Source: Nemertoderma westbladi
Taxonomy: Eukaryota > Animalia > Xenacoelomorpha
NCBI GenBank assembly: GCA_032718475.1
Contig: JAUCBJ010006450.1
Coordinates: forward strand, 1-64,000
Direction: 5' to 3'
Length of the DNA: 64,000 nt
The position numbers and the translations under genes are program-made. Below the pieces are notes generated by a model, which had not been told where the DNA came from, searched no databases, and saw only the letters and a list, made by a program, of their open reading frames with translations. How positions within the stretch are numbered: the first letter of the stretch is position 1; each line of letters opens with the position of its first letter. This document shows positions 34,001 through 46,300 of the stretch, in pieces.

Positions 34001-34526
34001 GAGTAAGGGTATACAACATTAACAGCATGAACATTAAGGTTCTACCGGCACACCGCCAATTTATAGGTGATCCGGATGGGGTGATGCAATAAGGTGACTC
34101 AATCGCTCTCCCATTGGCTCTCCAGTCCGTGCTAGCATTAAACCAACCTGGAAGCAGTTAGTCCAATAAGGAGGCCGGATTGTAGCCCTATCGTTTGCCC
34201 AAACCTCAAATTATTACCTTATATGGTAATGGTTCACGTCCCTGGCCGCTGAATGGCCAGGACAGCGTCCCTATATGATAGCCCTACTGATGCTAATATC
34301 AGCAAGCACAAAATCCAGGGTCCGAATAAACTTGCTACCCTGGGACTATCTACATATATCCTAATACAAAATTACGTAGGTAGGGCTACATACTATACAA
34401 AATGGATGGTTGCAAAATATATGGGCGTTTTAACTTCCTTACCTAAATGTCACCGCACTGTGCCTTATCTAAATAATTATACTGCACAACGGACTAATAT
34501 TACGTACAGTATAACGGACTAATAAT

Positions 34527-37500
34527 TAGGGGGAGATGTTAGGTCACAAACAGTATTGGCTACCATCCACAAAGTTGTGTCCATGTATCCTGTCACCGAA
34601 AATAACACCAAAACAGGGTAGGTGTCAAGTCCTAGGGTACCTACCCCCCTACGTAGATGCGCTTCCATCATATGCGACTGAATGTAGTCTAGCGGGTTAA
34701 CCGCTCTCACTAATTATGCAAAAAAAACGTAAAATTCAGAATTAATTATGTAAACTATCATCAAAAATACACCTACAGGGTAGGTGGTCACGGTTAGGTC
34801 CTCAAAACAGATTAGATTCAAGTCCTAGGGTACCTACCCCCCTACTTAGATGCGCTTCCATCATATGCGACTGAATGTAGTCTAGCGGGTTAACCGCTCT
34901 CACTAATTATGCAAAAAAAACGTAAAATTCAGAATTAATTATGTAAACTATCATCAAAAATACACCTACAGGGTAGGTGGTCACGGTTAGGTCCTCAAAA
35001 CAGATTAGATTCAAGTCCTAGGGTACCTTCCCCCACTTAGAACAGATTCCGTAATGTGCGACAATGTAGTCTAGCGGTCCTGCAGTCAAATGTCGTGTCC
35101 TGGGGGTACCCCTGCTTTAGAATGTGTCATTGCCTGTGATGGGTCACCAAATGTAGGCCTAGTTTTGTGCTACATCCTCTTGGGAATTCTGTAATTTAGG
35201 AGTTAAGCACTTATCTTAGCATAGGCCTTTGGTGACTTAGTAATTTGTAGATCGAATGTAACATAGTTATAGGATCCAATGTAACATAATTGAGGTTACG
35301 TTCGATTCGTAAAAACTATGTTACGTTCGATCCTGATTACGTTCGGTCTGTCACCCCCACTCTTTATAGGCCTACCTACTGGTTGCAGTTCATTTCATAT
35401 AATTTATACTATTGATACTTTGAATTCATTATATTGGATACTATATACAAAATTTAATCTAATTTAAACTCTTAGTATATTTATCTAATGGAGTCTGAAG
35501 AACAAGAAGATTTTAATTTTCTTACAACTAGAGCGAGTCAATACAGCAGGAAAGCAGCTACAGAAGTAGAAGTTTCTACATCAGCAGCATCTTCATCAAG
35601 TCGTCCTGTAAGAAAGCTGCAAGTGATAAAATGCCAGAACCATTATCAAAAGAAGGATTTGGGAAAGGATTGCTCTGAGTGCATTTACTTTCCCACATTA
35701 GAGTCTTTTCCAAATGGAAAGCTCCCAACTATAGCTCAAGTGATTGGTTTAACTTTGGTGGCAAAACATGATGAACAAAACCAAGCTCTGAAGGTTGACG
35801 TTATTTTAGATGTTGTATCAAATATGAGGCTCCAATGGATATATTGCAACATTTACACTGTAACACGAAAGTCTGTAAGAAACAAATTGGAATCTTTATT
35901 AAAGGAATACTAGCTTAAGGACTATCCTGCAACTAATAAGAAATATACTTACTGGCAAAGGTTCCAGGATTTTCAGGCAAAGTGCATCAAATTGACATCA
36001 AATGTGACAGTAGCAAAGAGAAATCACAGGGACTAATATGGGGTGTTATGATGACTGATGATGATCGGAAATTCTATGAAAATCAGTGTTTGATGCCACA
36101 AGTTGGGTACTGTTCTTCTTTTGTGAATAGGAAATGGGCAGTATCTAGTGAAAGGCATAATAGAGAAAGTCTTAGCAAGTTAAAGGCAAAGGAGAAGTCA
36201 GAGATTGAAAAAGAGAAGTTAAATCCTATTGCATGGTCTGATATTGAAGGTGGAATTTTGAGTGAAAGTAATGATGAAGGTGAATGCTTCGAATTGGCAA
36301 CACCTAAGAAAAGAAAGTATCAATTTGATGATGTTCTTGAATCAGAAAATGACCAGATTATGTCATTTAATTATAGACATATCCGTAATGGACCAAGATC
36401 GGTACGGCCAGAGGTTTATACATTGATGCATAAGTTGTCATCAGAATTTCATATGAGCAAAGCTCAAATAGAAGGTTCAATTATCAATGTAGCCAATACC
36501 CTATTTGGTAGAAATTGGAAAGCTTACAGTAATGATGATGCAACAACTGTTGATACACTGCCAAATCTGAGCAACTTAAGAAGAACCGAGCCATACATAG
36601 AAGCAATGGCCCTTAGCACTATTGTTGAGGATATAATGGAAGATAGTAATATGACATCAATTACATACTCGAGTGATGGGTCAAGCATGAGTGGAGTAGG
36701 TAAATATGTTGTGCAATCACTCACAATTAATGGTGTGCAGAGAGCACTACCAACACTTGGGATTTTTACAGAATCCAGAGAGAGTCTGAAGGATCTCGAA
36801 ATTATTACCTTAAAGATACTTTCAGCAGCAATAGGTCACAAATATTCTGAAAAAGATATACTTAAGAAGATTTCGTTTGTGATGACTGATAGCACTGCTC
36901 ATAACCTAAATGTCATTGAAAGTGTTTGTGAGGAGTTAGATGTTGATACTGTACCTGGAACACTCTTATGCAACATTCATCCATTGATGATGTTTCAGTC
37001 AAATATTAAACAGCTTTGTCAAGAAATACATGATTCGTTAGGACCACGTAAGATTAATGAATGTTTTCTGGTTGATCTTGACATGCATCATGAGTCATTC
37101 ATTATCAAAGCAATTAAGTGTCTTTCGCATTTTATCAATCGAGACTTTTCAGCAAAACCTTGGAATAGGCAAGGTCATTTTGATGAGTCCATCAAACCAA
37201 AGGTAAACATGTCATTGTGTCTAAAAGACCACCGATTTAATAGGATTAATGACTGTTGTCTAAGCTTGCTTTATCATCTTGATGACATTGCGAACTATCT
37301 TGATACTTTCAAGAATATTATGAATAACATATCGATTCTAGACCGCAGCTTTGTTGAGATGGAAATACTCAAACCAATATTGTGTACAATTTCATTAGTT
37401 GGAATTCATATTACTCGTCCTTTCGAGCATCTCCTCATGGACACATCAACTACATACTCAATGCTGTTAAAGTCATTTCCAAAGCTATTTGCTGATCTTA

Positions 37501-39143
37501 AGGAAATCCCAGCCATCAGATTCAGTTCCACATCAGAACAAGTTTGCACATTTGTCTCAAGTGAAATTTTTAAGAAGTCATTACCAAATCAATGCTTGTT
37601 AGATAACCTCAATCAAATTGCTAAGTGTTACAGCAGAGAAATTGAAGATCTGTTAACATTACTACTTCATAAATTTGCAAAAGGTTTTGAAAGACAGAAG
37701 GGTGCAATTTTTGGATTTGGAGAAAATAAAGAAGCGGATACAGGCACAGTTCTAAAAATTGCAAGTGCTACAGAAGAAGAAGTAACTAAGCTCGATCAGA
37801 CGATAATCCATAATGTTGGTGAGGAAAGAAGTGTTGGATTTGTCAACTATGAGATTGGTATCAGGGGGAAACGCTGTCTGGAAGCTGCATCACGTAAGAT
37901 GATATTAAATAAGGCCAGTGATCTGATAGCACAATGTAATCCTGCAGATTTAAGCAAATTTAGAAAGCAATCACAAGAAATAAAGGAACATAAGCTCAAT
38001 TGGAATGCACGTATGAGAGAACTTCAAAATATTGGATACACTGAAAAACAGGCTTTAAATACAAAGTTAGAGGAAACCAAATTAAATCTTCTGTCTTTTC
38101 TTAAGCACCAACAACCCATGGGACCATTTACTAACTCACAAGAGGTTAAAAACTTCATCAGTTGCTCGATTGATAATAAAGATGCAAATGATCGTCTATA
38201 CAGGGAAGTTAAATATGCCAGGACTACTTCTTTATCCCTCCCAGAAAGTTCTTCCGTTTTTAGATTAAGGAAAGATGGCAAAAATCTGGGTACAAATCAC
38301 TATGCAGACAATCTAATTCAGTATCTGGATCAGTCAAATAGTGCATCTACAATTAGTATGGCAGATCTGCATAATGTTTTAACAGGCTTGACAAACATGT
38401 CAAGTAAACCGTCATCAATAGGGCATATTGTAGAGAAAACTGTTGAAACATCTGGCATGAAGGTTGATATAGGAGACCATGTAATTGCATATTGGAGGGA
38501 TGACAATGACCTGCAATTAAAATGGTACCTAGGTGTTGTTGAATGTCAACTTGGAGATGGGAAATTCCTAATTTCATATCTCAAGAAATCAGATAAAGAT
38601 GGGTGCAGTTGGGTGTATCCAGAAGCAGCTGAGGTACTAGAAACATTGGAAGAACAGATAATGATGACACAAATTGATGTGACCTACCACTGCACAACAA
38701 GAATAAGATGTAATGTCAGTGGTGTCTTGGTAAAAAAGCTCAATGAGCTTTTAGCAGAAATGTAACTCGAGAGTCAGGACTAATTACAACATAGATACAT
38801 TTTATTATATCTACAAAGTACAAAACTTTAAAAATGTATTGCATTTTATACCTTATACATGTTCATGTTCATCTTGTTTAGGAATGCCAACACAGCTTCT
38901 AAATTAGCGCACAAACATCATTTTATTAAATAGTGCTGCTACCCGCTAAGATTATAGTGGACCATGATGACTGCCGTAAATAATGAGGTAATCACCGAAA
39001 CTTTGATATGATAGGTAGGTATCCTAAAAAATGGATCCTACCAAATATTTGCACGTTTTTCATCACCAGTAGACTAATTAACATGTTTTGGACAGGTAGG
39101 CAACCCCTTAAAACCCTTTTCAAAAAATAACATCCCCCCCCTA
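34527..39143 (+). mobile_element. hAT-superfamily DNA transposon (4.6 kb) inserted in the 5' LTR
   Basis: TIR TAGGGGGAGATGTTA / TAACATCCCCCCCCTA; 8-bp TSD CTAATAAT/CTAATATT; absent from the other LTR; ~193 bp subterminal tandem repeats at 34628, 34821 and 35014. Confidence 0.88.
35488..38765 (+). pseudogene. hAT-like DDE transposase with a stop (35911-35913) and a frameshift near the N-terminus
   Basis: YSSDGS, VMTDSTAHN, CNIH (CxxH), HRFNRI and HNVGEERSVG motifs in the 927-aa frame. Confidence 0.8.
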
Positions 39144-39302
39144 CTAATATTGCATACTGCATAACGGACTAATACTGCATACAGTATAACGACTAATAAT
39201 GTGGATACAGCGCCATATACCGTAACATAGGGGCAGCCCTAAATATCAGCTGGAGACAACACATGACAAACGCCGAGCTTTTATGGTACAATACCACCTG
39301 TA

Positions 39303-41560
39303 TGACTACCGGTAAGACTTAGTCTGCGTGCTAGCAGAACAACGAAATCTGCCTTGCCACGGCATGACTGGTCCTCTCTGTTGCAACAGCCAAGTGTGAG
39401 ATCCAGCTTCACACTACAGCTGAGCAACAGGTATGAGGCTCTTGCCTCTGAGGCGGCAGATCACTGTGAGGGCTATACTGCCTTTACAGAAGCAGTTAAG
39501 TTAGCAGCTGCAGAAACAGTTCCTGTATACCCTCGAAACAGGAAAAGGGCCCCCTGGACTGACAACAAAATTCAGAAGTGCCGAAATGACCTTCATAAGG
39601 CGCAGAAAGAGTCCCGACTCAAACAGACTACAGCGGCCAAGAATGCAGTTAAAGCTGCATCTAGGTCCCTGAACAGGCAGTACTCTGTTAATCTACAGGA
39701 GCTAATAAACCAACAGGTTGATGCCATCAATGATGCTGACGACAGCAGGCAATCATCCCAGGCATGGAAATCGATCAATCTGCTTACTGGGCGGAAAAGC
39801 CAACCAACCACCAAGGTTAAGGCTGAATCACCAGCCGATCGCCTCAATGGTTGGAAAGCCCACTTTGAAAAGCTCCTCAATAATGACAGGGTATTGCCTG
39901 ATAACTTTATAGAAGTAAAAGTGTCTGAGTCTGTACTCCCAGATATTCCCATTGGCGATATCTCCTTTGCAGAAGTGAAGGCTGCTGCAAAGAGCATTAA
40001 GACCAATCGTGCCAGTGGAGTAGATGGTGTTCCCCCTGAGGTCTTTAAAATACCTGAGTGTTTAAAGCTCATCTATCCCATCATAGTAGACATGTACCGT
40101 ACAACAAGAGTCCCACAAGAAATGAAAACAAATAAGTTGGTGCCAGTTCCCAAGAAAGGGCAACCTAACACTCTATGGTTCTTTTCGGGGAATCTCATTG
40201 ATCTCGATTGCTGCAAAACTATACAATAGAATTCTATTAAATCGCATCAGGGATCCCATTGAGAGACTGCTACGTGGAAATCAGAATGGGTTCCGTAAAG
40301 GTCGTGGGACCATGGAGCCCATTTTGGCACTTAGAAGGATAATTGAAGAGTTATCAAAAAAGAATGACAGGCATCTGGCTGTTATCTTTGTTGACTTCTT
40401 CAAGGCCTTTGATTCAGTCTCTCGCTCACGTATGTTCAGCATACTTTCATTATATGGGATTCCTGATGAAATTATTGCAGCAATCAGATCAGTATACGAT
40501 GGTTCGACAACATTTGTGTCTACTGTTGACGGTGACACAGAACCATTTGAAGTGTTATGGGGCGTCCTCCAAGGAGACACACTTGCACCATTCTTGTTCA
40601 TTATTGTGGTTGACTATGTTCTACGCATGTCCTTAGATCATCATAATGATGATGGGGTGATGATAACTCCACCTACTGGCTCCAGAAGTCGAGGAAATCC
40701 TGCCAAGTACCTAACTGATCTAGACTTTGCTGATGACTTAGGAGTACTCTCAGAATCATTAGAGGGAGCCCAGCGGCTCCTCAGCTCATTAGAACATGCT
40801 GCTTCTAGTGTTGGTCTTTTTATTAACTCCAGAAAGACCAAAATTCTGACAGTTAACTTTGAAAGTCCTCAGCAAGTCTCTGATCGGATGAGCATAAGCT
40901 CAAAGGATGGTATGCTTGAGCATGTGGACGACTTCTGTTACCTGCAGACCTGGGATCATGGATCCGGAAGTCAGGTGAGGACCTTCGAATACGTAAGGGA
41001 AAGGCATGGGCAGCCTTGAATTAGGCTTTCCAGGATTTGGAAGTCACCTAGAATTAATCGGAAACTTAAGGTCCGATTACTTAGAGCAGCAGTAGTTCCA
41101 GTACTCCTCTACGGGAGTCCATGCTGGGCTCTAACTGCTGAGGACACCAAATCTCTGGATGGCACATTCACAAGAATGCTACGCCGGGTACATTGTGTCA
41201 AGTACAATGCACACATCTCCAACCAGACACTATATAACATTGGAGGTGTCTCATTGGTTCCCCCAAGCTTGACACTAGAACAAAATCGCCTCCGCTTTGC
41301 AGGACATTGCTTTCGCCGTGAGGACCAGCCAGTGCATAATCTTGTACTTTGGCAGCCTCATGGAGTGAATAAGCATGGTGGACAGCCCATGACTTTCTTG
41401 AGACGCATCTTAAAGGACACTGGCCTTAAAGATGCGGATGATCTAGCAAATGTCATGGGTGATAGGGAGTTGTGGCGGTGCAATTTTGTTGACAAGCCGG
41501 CACAGCATTCTTAAAAATGCAGCTGCAATGCAGCATGCCGATCCTAGTAGTAGTAGTAGT
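39303..41560 (+). mobile_element. 5'-truncated RTE-like LINE (LINE B) with RT, inserted in LINE A
   Basis: RASGVDGVPPE, NQNGFRKGR, FVDFFKAFDSV, GVLQGDTLAPFLF, DLDFADD, LRFAGHCFR; several frameshifts; (TAG)n 3' tail at ~41545-41560. Confidence 0.92.
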
Positions 41561-43308
41561 ATCAACCACCCTCCGTGTACGCAGATTAAGATTCAGTGGG
41601 CACTGCTGGCGAAGTAAAGACGAGGTCATACTAGATATACTTCTCTGGCATCCAACTCATGGAAAGCGTAGTCGTGGACGACCGGCCATAACATACTGAC
41701 ATATATAGATCAACTTGAAAGAGATACTGAACTTGGGAGAAACGAAATTGCGACAACTATGGAGAATCGGGAAGCCTGGAAGGATCTCATTTCCACTGTC
41801 CGAGTTCGCTCGACCTAGCACCTAGCAGCCTAGTTGTAGTACCGGTAGTAGTATTATACAATGGAATACCAGTAATGGATTCCAATTCCATATTTCAGTA
41901 TTTCCAAACCTACTCCAAAAGTTGAATTTTAAACCCTTCTCCAAAAGTTGAATTATAATAAAAAGTTAAATTTTAAAAAACAAAGTTGAAATTTCAATTC
42001 AGTTGAAAATATAACTTCTCCCCAACTGAGTAGGCCTATAGTATATACTGATAGTACAGTACACTGCCTGACTGCACTGCTTGCTATAGTACAGAGTAAC
42101 AGACAGACAGGCAGTAGTACTGTAGTACTGTACTGGTAACAGTAAGTAGCCTACTGAAATAGGCTAAGGGCAGAAGGGTGAATAGTTGGGCAGTTGGGGG
42201 TTAGGCCTACTAACTTACATCTTACTGTCTTACATCCTTATGGCCCAAAGGGACGGCCCTCGACTGCCCTCGTCAATCCATGCAATCTGTAAATGGCAAT
42301 TATCTGATTATGTCCAAGATTCCGAAGTAGCTCCATCCTGCCTCCATTGCTGATTGCAGCAGTGCAGAGCAGAACTCTCGCCATGTAGTGTTGTACTGCT
42401 TAGTCTAGTCAGTCAGTTAGTACGGTCAGACGGTACCGGTCAGCCGGTACTTACTGAAGAATTCCCCCTCCATCTTGTGTCTATGACAAACAGACAATAG
42501 CAGGGATCTCTACCGGCAACGTTGAACGTTGCGTTGCTATCTTAAACTAAGATAAGCCTGTGGCCGTGGCCCTTCAGACTGTGTAGTTGTAGTCTTGTAG
42601 TGTAGTATAAATACAGAATAAATACAGAAATAAAATACAGGCCAATGCAATATCATCTGATCATTGTATCATGTAGGGTAGGCCTATCATTCAAAATACT
42701 GAAATACCGATATACAGATATATCATTTCAGCATTTTCATTGTTGATATCCAGATATCTGATGATAATTGCAGATTGTGTTACATCGTTCACTAGGTAGG
42801 CCTACTTCTGCTGTTCTGTACTTCCAGACTTCGTTGCTAGGCCATTTCACCATTTAGCTTCACCCCACCGCGTGACCGCGACCTGTCTGGTAAAGTTGAC
42901 TTGAGTACCAAAGTACCGATACCTGGATACAGATACCTGGATATCAGTACCTCTGAGCACTGACTCTGACAGTGACGGATTCAGCGTCCGACTGCTGGAC
43001 TGTCTAATTTGACTAGGCCAGTCAGTAGGCTACCCTATCTGCCTATCTCAACTGTCAATTGCAGAATTGTTCGCGGTTGGTTTGTTATTCTTTTACTTAT
43101 CACTCAGGGCTGCAGTCCTGCAGTGTTCATTCCTCTCCACCCACTGACCCGCTATACAGCTGGGTACACGTGTACACCGGTACACGTGCACTCTATGCTC
43201 TACTCACGATTTCTGTGTACGTGACAATCGTGAGATTCACCAACCGTGTAGACATAGAAGCGGTACAACCTTGCCTTCTACACCAGTCTTCCAAACCATC
43301 TTTTGAAA

Positions 43309-46300
43309 ATGTCGAGGCACGAAGGTGAGTCACATCACAAGGCTCTGAGAAAATCTTTCCCTGAAGGGCTTTTTTATATTGATCTTTATCAGTCCAGGGC
43401 GCATCTCTGCCCTGCATCCTTAAGTGGTAGCAAAATGACTAACTGGAGTTTCCTCTGGAGAGTAGCCTATAGTTCTCGGGGGACCGCACTGGAAATAAGG
43501 GGTAATCCCTGGTCTAACGGTGAACGGCCGAAGAAAATTTAATTTTTTTATCCTTTATTAAATTTCAAACTTCTAGCCGGTAGCTATTTTCGATTAAGCC
43601 ATAATTAGGCCCATTAATTAATAAAACAGTACGTTTTTTTATTTTATATTAAGACCTCATAAAAAGAACAAAGCAAGCAAAAAATAGGGGGGTCTTCAAT
43701 TTTCGTGGCAGTAGACTTGGGCAGGGTGCATATTGCGGTGCAGATTTTTAATTCCTGCGACTGAACAAAGGTTACCTGAATGTGTAGTTATCGGCGACTA
43801 CCGGTATTTGTATCTTCGGGGAAAGGTTGGAACATATTTTTTCATCGAGCCCACTTGCTGTAAAGTTCTCGATTATTTATAGCAATCGATTCCGTAGACT
43901 GGCGGTATTCCAAATCGGATTTATGTAGACAAATGTTGTTGCCAATTGGTCGGTGGTAAAGTAAATGGAATTTAATTTCAACTTATAGATTTAGTGGATT
44001 GAGTTTAATATTATTACCGTGATGTTTGTTGGATACCGATATTTCTGTATTTAACAAGATGTGCAAGTTCTTAACAGGCCAATAGTCCAGTCCTGTCACT
44101 TCTGTCAGTCACAAATAATGTTCTTATTATCCTCATCAAAAATTGACTCTGCGATGCTAGGGTGTTAACTATTGCGAAATTTCATTTTTTAGGGGTCAGC
44201 TGTGATTCCTGTTTGAAGGGAAACTTTAGGGGCAAACGTTACAAATGTTTAATATGTTATGACTACGATCTCTGTGGTGGTTGTTTCGAATCCGCCGCCA
44301 CCACGTCTAGACATACAGCTGATCACGCAATGCAATGTATCCTTACGCGCTCAGAATATGGTTAGTAGGTGGCCCGGGATTTGTTTAGTGGGTGCGGAAT
44401 ACGGTTAGTGGGTGGTCTGGAATACGCTGACTGGGTGGTTCGGTATACGGTTAGTGGGTGGTCCGGAATACGGTTAGTGGGTGGTCCGGAATACGGTTAG
44501 TGGGTGGTCCGGAATACGGTTGGTGGGTGGTCCGGAATACGGTTAGTGGGTGGTCCGGAATACGGTTAGTGGGTGGTCCGGAATACGGTTAGTGGGTGGT
44601 TCGGAATACGGTTGGTGGGTGGTCCGGAATACGGTTAGTGGGTAGTCCGGAATACGGTTAGTGGATGGTCCGGAATACGGTTAGTGGATGGTCCGGAATA
44701 CGGTTAGTGGGTGGTCCGGAATACGATTAGTGGGTGGTCCGGAATACGGTTAGTGGGTGGTCCGGAATACGGTTAGTGGGTGGTCCGGAATACGGTTAGT
44801 GGGTGGTCCGGAATACGGTTGGTGGGTGGTCCGGAATACGGTTAGTGGGTGGTCCGGAATACGGTTAGTGGGTGGTTCGGTATACGGTTAGTGGGTGGTT
44901 CGGAATACGGTTGGTGGGTGGTCCGGAATACGGTTGGTGGGTGGTCCGGAATACGGTTGGTGGGTGGTCCGGAATACGGTTAGTGGGTGGTTCGGTATAC
45001 GGTTAGTGGGTGGTTCGGAATACGGTTGGTGGGTGGTCCGGAATACGGTTGGTGGGTGGTCCGGAATACGGTTGGTGGGTGGTCCGGAATACGGTTGGTG
45101 GGTGGTCCGGAATACGATTAGTGGGTGGTCCGGAATACGGTTAGTGGGTGGTCCGGAATACGGTTAGTGGGTGGTCCGGAATACGGTTAGTGGGTGGTAC
45201 GGAATACGGTTAGTGGGTGGTCCGGAATACGGTTAGTGGGTAGTCCGGAATACGGTTGGTGGGTGGTCCGGAATACGGTTAGTGGGTGGTCCGGAATACG
45301 GTTAGTGGGTGGTCCGGAATACGGTTAGTGGGTGGTCCGGAATACGGTTAGTGGGTGGTCCGGAATACGGTTAGTGGGTGGTCCGGAATACGGTTAGTGG
45401 GTGTATTTTATGTTACGTTGCTGATTTCTCTATTTTTCTAAACATTTATTTATATTAGATATGTACTACGGCGGTGAACCTATTGCACCAGACCAACCGC
45501 AATCACTGACCTGCCCGTTATGCGCCACTATGGGACACACCGAGACAACCTTGTTGGATCACCTTAACAATGAACATCCAGGAGCTACTCAGGAAGTGGT
45601 TAGTATAGAATCTGGTACAGACTTACATTAATGGACTACCGTACTGGTTCGAAACACACCCCAGGCTAGGGAAGTAATTCACATATTTTTCTACTGTCAG
45701 TAATAATTATAAATAATCTGCATTTCACCAAAAAGGTATCAGAAAATTCATGTTAATATTTACAAAAAGGATTTAATATGTTAAAAAATACAATTAATTA
45801 TTGAAATATGGCAGTTTTGACTAACGCGACAGTATAATGTAAATAAATGATAATTAATTAGTATTGAAATATAAAATAATTAGATCCTTTTTTAGCGTTG
45901 GCTCACTGAGTGAGGAGGGATTTAGTGTTGGCTCACTGAGTGAGGAGGGATTTAGTGTTGGCTCACTGAGTGAGGAAGGATTTAGTGTTGGCTCACTGAG
46001 TGAGGAGAGATTTAGTGTTGGCTCACTGAGTGAGAAGGGATTTAGTGTTGACTCACTGAGTGAGGAGGGATTTATTGTTGGCTCACTGATTGAGGAGAGA
46101 TTTAGTGTTGGCTCACTGAGTGAGGAGGGATTTAGTGTTGTCTCACTGAGTGAGGAGGGATTTAGTGTTGGCCCACTGAGTGAGGAGGGATTTAGTGTTG
46201 GCTCACTGAGTGAGGAGGGATTTAGTGTTGGCTCACTGAGTGAGGAGGGATTTAGTGTTGGCTCACTGAGTGAAGAGGGATTTAGTGTTGGCTCACTGAT

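Larger units (their letters stand above)
14263..39227 (-). mobile_element. Full-length Bel/Pao (Belpaoviridae) LTR retrotransposon with an extra ORF region
   Basis: Paired LTRs with TG...CA ends; 5-bp TSD TAGGG at 14258-14262 and 39228-39232; Gag-PR-RT-RH-IN polyprotein in Bel/Pao domain order. Confidence 0.96.
32405..39227 (-). repeat. 5' LTR (2198 bp net, interrupted by a hAT element)
   Basis: Direct repeat of 14263-17675 once the insertions are removed; followed by TSD TAGGG. Confidence 0.95.
10290..41818 (+). mobile_element. RTE-like LINE A, split by nested insertions (pieces ~10290-11976, 12616-12938, 14151-14257, 39233-39302, 41560-41818)
   Basis: The protein reads across the insertions: APE; KASGLDEIPAEVWK; RATVESVFLYGGETWTLTKSLEQRIDGCYTRLL | RAALNISWRQHMTNAELYGTIPPV | STTLRVRRLRFSGHCWRSKDE...RGRPAITY..DQLERDT...VRVRST*. 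The RT core is deleted. Confidence 0.85.
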
